From a virus (lineage: Duplodnaviria > Caudoviricetes), in IMG/VR virus record IMGVR_UViG_3300031867_000001, positions 96,001 to 160,000 of that record: DNA of 64,000 bases. One strand, given 5' to 3'. The position numbers and the translations under genes are program-made. Positions 58,837 through 64,000 of this stretch are shown one piece after another. The notes beneath the pieces were generated by a model. The model made no database searches, was not told where the DNA came from, and saw only the letters and a list, made by a program, of their open reading frames with translations. The first letter of the stretch is position 1. Each line of letters opens with the position of its first letter.

Positions 58837-60960
58837 ATGGCTTATGTTAAACATACACGAGAAGAGATCGAAAAAGTTATTAACGAATCTCCTGATATGA
58901 TTACTGCATTAGAAGCAGTTGGTGCAATGTATGGTATTCCATCAACACACATTATTGCTCAACCCGGATTAAAATCGATCCGGGTTGAATGTGATAACAT
59001 CATTGCTCCACCAGATGCAAAACCAAACACCAAAGCAATTGTATGTGCAATTGGTGCAGTACTTGATCAGATCTCTCAAAGAATCAATGATAAGTTGGAT
59101 CATTACCAAACAAACGTTTCAACAAAAGGTCAGATCGATGATAAGGTATCTCAAACTTCCAATCCAGCCAAGGGTACAGTCATTGCACATCATACGTTGA
59201 GTGATGGTAGTGAAATCATTGTATATGATTCCGGTTTGGTAGATATGCCACATACAGATGAAGCACGTGCAAAGGTCGCCGAGCTTCGTGCAAATGGCGG
59301 TATTCCACAGATCAACATTTTCAATGATTCAAAAGAATATACAAAAGAACCATACTTCACGAACGACTACAACATTGGATTGACCGATATTGAAAAGTCT
59401 CAGTTGTATGGAAATGATCCAATCCCAACCGACCATGCAAAAGAGTTGGATGAATGTGACATGCACATGGAAATGTTCGTTCAATATAACGAAACCGATT
59501 ATCTTGGATATGATATCTTCCAGGAGATGGGATTTGACTTTATTGAAAGAACAGAGTCATTTGTTTCAGAGGCTTCCAATCATAAGAAGATCAACGTCAG
59601 TGATTTCAAACATTCTAAGTTTGATAATAAAGAAATCACCAAGGCTATTCAGTGTTTCAATGAAGCACGTCTTGAACAGAAGAACAAAGGCAAGGGTAAG
59701 TTCGATATTAAGACATTCATCGATAATCCAAAATACAAAGAAGGTGTGAATCATCTGCAGAAACAGTTTGATTGTCAGCTCTCTGTATATTGGCACACTG
59801 ATAGTGAAAATCCAGATGCAACTACTGTGTTCACATCATGCTATGATATGATTGCACAGAAGATGACTGTATCTAAGACCAAGGGTTTCCAACTTGCTGG
59901 TTTACCGATCCAGGTTCATATTCTCAATAATGCAATTGATGAAGAGATGAGTCTTGATACAAATATAAAGTTATTTGGTCAATTCATGTGTGCAACCTTG
60001 TGTCATGAAATCTTCCATAACATTGCAAATGCTTTAAGATTGAATAATGGAATCTTTACGTTTACACTTGATTCTGCTATGAGTCTTGCTGCATCTACCA
60101 ATAGTGCAAAACGTAAACGTGAAGTATTCGATCATTACGTTGCAACTTTGAGAGATGGTAAGAATGATCCAATCTCCAAGATTCAAAGAAAACGACTTGT
60201 CTCTGCACTTTGTAAAGCATCTGCATTGGCAGAGAACAACAAGGCTTTGATGAATCTGAAGAGTTCTGTGACTGTTAATCCAAATGCAGAACAAGAGATC
60301 GACAAATTGATCAATGCATATTCCCAGAAGTATCAAGAATTAAACACCATTCACACCAAGATGATGAAGAAGGGTAAGAAGTACAACAAGGGTCGTGCAA
60401 CGGCAATGACTGTGATTGGTATCATCTTATTGATCACAATCATTGGTTTGCCGATTGGTATCATCATGCTTGCAAACACCGGTGATATCGAATATGAATA
60501 TATGAAGGAATACGAGAAGTACATGAGAACTCCAAACAAGGAAGAGTACTATTGTGATCTGTTTGCTGGTATGTACAATCTTCCAATCTCGTTCACATAT
60601 GGATATGAAAAACGGAATTACACAGCAAATATGGTTTCACCCGAGAAGCTTCAGCAGTTGAAGGATCTGGAAGGAAAGGTTCGTAACTTGAAGCAGTCTA
60701 AATATCCGACAGAAAGTGAACGCAATTATGCGGGATTCTTAATTGCAAAAAATATTCTGGAAGGAAAGACTGCTGTATCCAAGGAAGTTCGTGAGTATTG
60801 CCAATGGGTTGTTGCAAACTATTCGAACATCGCTGATACGGATATTGCTGCGAACTATCGTTCTCATGTATTCAATCCTAAGGAAGCAGAAGATTTGGAT
60901 ACCCATCTCCAGAATCTGATCAACAACAATCAAATCAACATTACCGAATACGCTATTTGA
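58837..60960 (+). CDS. Probable head protein with a membrane-associated zincin metallopeptidase domain (M48/M56-like)
   Basis: LCHEIFHN, hydrophobic AMTVIGIILLITIIGLPIGIIMLA, KEEYYCDLFAGMY, later YP..SER; SD AAGGAGG. Confidence 0.7.
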   Translation: MAYVKHTREEIEKVINESPDMITALEAVGAMYGIPSTHIIAQPGLKSIRVECDNIIAPPDAKPNTKAIVCAIGAVLDQISQRINDKLDHYQTNVSTKGQIDDKVSQTSNPAKGTVIAHHTLSDGSEIIVYDSGLVDMPHTDEARAKVAELRANGGIPQINIFNDSKEYTKEPYFTNDYNIGLTDIEKSQLYGNDPIPTDHAKELDECDMHMEMFVQYNETDYLGYDIFQEMGFDFIERTESFVSEASNHKKINVSDFKHSKFDNKEITKAIQCFNEARLEQKNKGKGKFDIKTFIDNPKYKEGVNHLQKQFDCQLSVYWHTDSENPDATTVFTSCYDMIAQKMTVSKTKGFQLAGLPIQVHILNNAIDEEMSLDTNIKLFGQFMCATLCHEIFHNIANALRLNNGIFTFTLDSAMSLAASTNSAKRKREVFDHYVATLRDGKNDPISKIQRKRLVSALCKASALAENNKALMNLKSSVTVNPNAEQEIDKLINAYSQKYQELNTIHTKMMKKGKKYNKGRATAMTVIGIILLITIIGLPIGIIMLANTGDIEYEYMKEYEKYMRTPNKEEYYCDLFAGMYNLPISFTYGYEKRNYTANMVSPEKLQQLKDLEGKVRNLKQSKYPTESERNYAGFLIAKNILEGKTAVSKEVREYCQWVVANYSNIADTDIAANYRSHVFNPKEAEDLDTHLQNLINNNQINITEYAI

Positions 60961-60981
60961 TTAAAAAATAACATCGTGATT

Positions 60982-61001
60982 CCCCGCCCATATGGGCGGG
61001 G
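60982..61001. terminator. Bidirectional terminator, perfect palindrome
   Basis: CCCCGCCCATATGGGCGGGG, same as 28380-28399; between convergent genes. Confidence 0.8.
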
Positions 61002-61012
61002 GATACACACAG

Positions 61013-62278
61013 TTATGCGTTCATCATTGCGAGACGTCTCTTACGATTTTCATCGTAATAATCCAAGATGTTCTTAACTTCGATCGGGTCAAGGTATACC
61101 CCAATCATTTTATGGAGTTTCTCCGAAATATCAGATGGTCTGATGATACCAGCAGACCGCTGTAAGTTAATGCAGATTGTTTTCACATCCGTATCTGTGA
61201 TTGTTCCGATTTTCTGCTTCACCTTATACGCATCAAAGATGGTAATCGGATATGGTGTTGCTCGGAAGTGCAAGAACGTCTGTAATATGTTCATTTCCAA
61301 CCGGCACAAGACGTGAGAGATCGCGTCATCGTCATCCGATAAATCGGACTTACGAGACACGATTCTGTCAGACTCACCTGCATTCTTACCAACCTTCAGT
61401 GCCATCTTTCTAATGACATGGAAGTGGGTCGCGTCGAGAATGACATCGCACTTGTCTCTCATGACACGGGAGATGTCACCGATGTTGTAGTCATAGTCGG
61501 GTGCGATATGACGTACAATCACGCAGATGTCATCGTTCTTGATCGGCTGATCACGACGATTCTCATATGCGATGTTGAATACGTCAAAGATATTCACATC
61601 GATGCTTTGTTCTTCACACCACGTGAATGTCTTCTTGATCGAGTTTCTTGTTTCGGACAACTTATCCTGAACAAGTTTCTTGATCATTTCGGGAGGGAGT
61701 GTCACTGTTGACAGATCTGTCGTGGTTGTAACAACATCTTCTTCAACAGCGGGAGTAGTAGTTTCAGTTGCAGCATCATCAGTTACGATTGTAATGATAT
61801 TGCCGTTCTTCGTAAACAGCTTGTCTGTTACTTCGGAATATCTCCTCTTAGATTTGATCATGTAGCATGCGTATTTGCTACATCTGATTCCCTTCTCCTC
61901 ACATTCTTTCAGTGTTTCAGTCACATTGAAATTGTGCTTGATCATGATGCGTGTGATATCCTCGATGGTCTTCACACTGAATGCGTCAACACATGACGGT
62001 GCGTTCGGGGATGCTGGTATTTCTTCAGTTGTGTTGGTTGATGTTGTTACGACAACATCATCATTGTGAATAGGCTGGGACTGTGGTTGAGTCTGGTTCT
62101 GTCCCCAGAAAGACATTACCGTATTGAGGGTCTCAATCGTTTCAGGGTCGATGACGGATAGTACTGTCATCACATCCCGTCCAGAGAGATTGTGTACTTG
62201 AACTGCCTGTTCACAGATTGCCGCCATTTCGTTAATGGATTCTGTCAGTACGTTGATCATTTCCAGCTTTTCGTTCAT
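61013..62278 (-). CDS. Early protein with repeated small helical (HTH-like) domains
   Basis: SD AAGGAGGAATT; own early-promoter motif; Thr-rich linkers separating related helical units. Confidence 0.7.
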   Translation of the reverse strand: MNEKLEMINVLTESINEMAAICEQAVQVHNLSGRDVMTVLSVIDPETIETLNTVMSFWGQNQTQPQSQPIHNDDVVVTTSTNTTEEIPASPNAPSCVDAFSVKTIEDITRIMIKHNFNVTETLKECEEKGIRCSKYACYMIKSKRRYSEVTDKLFTKNGNIITIVTDDAATETTTPAVEEDVVTTTTDLSTVTLPPEMIKKLVQDKLSETRNSIKKTFTWCEEQSIDVNIFDVFNIAYENRRDQPIKNDDICVIVRHIAPDYDYNIGDISRVMRDKCDVILDATHFHVIRKMALKVGKNAGESDRIVSRKSDLSDDDDAISHVLCRLEMNILQTFLHFRATPYPITIFDAYKVKQKIGTITDTDVKTICINLQRSAGIIRPSDISEKLHKMIGVYLDPIEVKNILDYYDENRKRRLAMMNA

Positions 62279-62337
62279 AATAAAATTCCTCCTTGATAAT
62301 AGATAAGAATAGATTTATATAAAGCGATATTGCTTTA

Positions 62338-62365
62338 TATCATAATAATTATATAAATATGCAAA
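62338..62365 (-). promoter_or_regulatory. Putative phage early promoter
   Basis: TATCATAATAATTATATAAATATGCAAA, a variant of the early motif. Confidence 0.65.
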
Positions 62366-62385
62366 AATCGTATTTTCGATTATAT

Positions 62386-62397
62386 GACGTTTCTTTA
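62386..62397 (+). promoter_or_regulatory. Putative late promoter variant GACG-N6-TA
   Basis: GACG-TTTCTT-TA just upstream of the beta' gene SD. Confidence 0.45.
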
Positions 62398-62425
62398 AAT
62401 CTCATATTTAAGGAGGTAATTCACA

Positions 62426-64000
62426 ATGGCTGAACAAGCTACATCCACTAACATCGCTTCCATTCAAGTAGCAGTTGATAGAATCCTCGGAGTGAATGCA
62501 GATGATATCAATAAGACATTCTTGGAAGGCATGTTTGCTGGATATCATGATAAAGCAACAAATCGATTCATGCCGCCAAATTATAAACCAACATCAAAGT
62601 TTATGTTAACAAAAGACAAATATCCATATGTCAAAGAACCAACTGAAACAACTCTCGGTAGATTGATATTAAATCGATATTTGTTGGAACGGACTGGGGC
62701 AATCAAACACATTGGTTATTGGAATAAACCAATTAATTCAAAAGCATTGAATTCATTAAATACCGAAATCAATAACTTGGTTGTTACGGATATTTTGACA
62801 ACAGAAGATTTGGCGAATTATATTGATTCACGAGATCGGTTGGGATTCTGGTGTGCTGCATTCTTATCAGTGTCGATTACACCTGCACTGTTATTGCCAA
62901 TGCAAAATGTTAATAAACGTAAACAAGAATTATTCAAACAATATCAGAAGGAATTAAACTCTGACAATCCTGTTGAACAGATTATGACTAACAACAAGAT
63001 TGAAGCAGAGTTGATGGATATGGTTCGTGCAAACTTATCTAAAGATACTGGATATGATTTGTATGCTTCCGGAGATGGAAATCTTAATAACAACTATAAG
63101 ACGATCAATGTCATGAGAGGTGCTGTATTCGATAATACAAAACACAAATACTCCATCGTTGATCATTCTTTGATGGAAGGTATTACCAAGAGAGATATTC
63201 CCGCATTTGCAAACTCCGTTGTTGCTGCAGCATATCCTTCTGCGGTTGGTACTGCTGATGCTGGATACTTGTCTAAAATCATCATGGCTTTATTACAGTC
63301 AGAAAGTATTGATCCAAATCCGGAGAGTGATTGTGGTACTGAATCAACAATTCCAGTCACTGTTACGAACAGAAATAAACAGTACTTGTTATTCAGATAC
63401 ATCAAAGAAGGTAAGGGTAAAAAATTAACCACGCTTCATAACATTGATTCTTATGTCGGAAAGACCATTCGATTGTATTCTCCACAGTGTTGCTGTAATG
63501 ATCCAATCTGTGGAAAGTGTGCTGGTAGAGTCTTCTACAATCTTGGTGTTACAAGAATTGGATTACTTTCATCTCAGATCACACAGAAGATGTTGAATAT
63601 CAAACTGAAATCAAAACATGACTTATCACAGAATGCAGGTATTGTACCACATGAGATGACATTCATGCATCCATCTCAATTGTATGAAGTAACAAAGGAT
63701 GGTTATTTAAAAACGAATGCGAACTTAAAGTTGTTCTTACCTAAGTTTGCAGAAGACTTCGCCAATTATTCTCGTGAAGTAACCACGATTAAGTGTCTTG
63801 GTATTATGCCAGCTAAGTTCTATGATAAGAATGGAAATGAAGTGCAATCAACTTTAATGATTACACCAACAATGTTGGATTTCAACATCTATACAGAACC
63901 ACAAGAAACAAAAGACTACATTGTGATGAGTTATGAACCCGGAGCAACTATTACATCATTAAGTATGCAGAAGAATGTTAAGAATGTTGAATTCTTCATC
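62426..64000 (+). CDS. rpoC: Phage RNA polymerase beta'-like subunit, C-terminal part (runs off the window end; not in the ORF track)
   Basis: AAGGAGG then ATG 62426; translated by hand: TTLGRLILN, HSLMEG, GTADAGYLSK (bridge helix, cf. TANSGYLTR), DCGT, IRLYSPQCCCNDPICGKCAG (Zn site), IGLLSSQITQKMLNIKLKSKH (trigger loop). Confidence 0.92.
   Translation, partial: MAEQATSTNIASIQVAVDRILGVNADDINKTFLEGMFAGYHDKATNRFMPPNYKPTSKFMLTKDKYPYVKEPTETTLGRLILNRYLLERTGAIKHIGYWNKPINSKALNSLNTEINNLVVTDILTTEDLANYIDSRDRLGFWCAAFLSVSITPALLLPMQNVNKRKQELFKQYQKELNSDNPVEQIMTNNKIEAELMDMVRANLSKDTGYDLYASGDGNLNNNYKTINVMRGAVFDNTKHKYSIVDHSLMEGITKRDIPAFANSVVAAAYPSAVGTADAGYLSKIIMALLQSESIDPNPESDCGTESTIPVTVTNRNKQYLLFRYIKEGKGKKLTTLHNIDSYVGKTIRLYSPQCCCNDPICGKCAGRVFYNLGVTRIGLLSSQITQKMLNIKLKSKHDLSQNAGIVPHEMTFMHPSQLYEVTKDGYLKTNANLKLFLPKFAEDFANYSREVTTIKCLGIMPAKFYDKNGNEVQSTLMITPTMLDFNIYTEPQETKDYIVMSYEPGATITSLSMQKNVKNVEFFI

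Noticed and set aside
1-64000. Bacterial chromosome (rpoB/rpoC locus) interpretation
   Set aside because: The RNAP subunits are split, highly divergent, scattered among capsid and baseplate genes, and lack ribosomal-protein neighbours.

Overview
The whole window reads as part of the genome of an AT-rich jumbo myophage of the AR9/PBS1/phiR1-37/phiKZ type, which encode their own multisubunit RNA polymerases. Strong AAGGAGG ribosome-binding sites suggest a Bacillota host. It covers the virion-morphogenesis region. (1) Three pieces of a split multisubunit RNA polymerase: beta N-part 8180-12502, beta C-part 50422-51171, and beta' C-part from 62426 to the window end (absent from the ORF track). This is probably the virion RNAP. 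(2) Head genes: major capsid protein, T4 gp21-type prohead protease and scaffold. (3) Tail genes: neck, gp6-like and gp25-like baseplate proteins, fibre-like genes, and a 2688-aa tail protein with C39-like, NlpC/P60-like and lysozyme-like domains. (4) A RusA-like resolvase, a Zn-finger/PD-(D/E)XK nuclease, and several probable internal head proteins with zincin or permuted papain-like domains bounded by a recurring hydrophobic-X-X-E motif. Small minus-strand cassettes, mostly GC-richer, are inserted among these genes behind a conserved AT-rich early-promoter-like motif; one of them encodes a split MYG1-family nuclease. A second motif, AACG-N6-TA, precedes the late operons. The most unexplained items are a roughly 200-nt multi-hairpin RNA with a perfect 18-bp closing stem and an internal 17-codon ORF (749-947), and the GSGD-bracketed C39-like domain that suggests a self-processing tail polyprotein. 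No tRNA, rRNA, CRISPR array, IS element, intron or intein was recognised. All functional calls come from motif recognition by eye; no database search was run.
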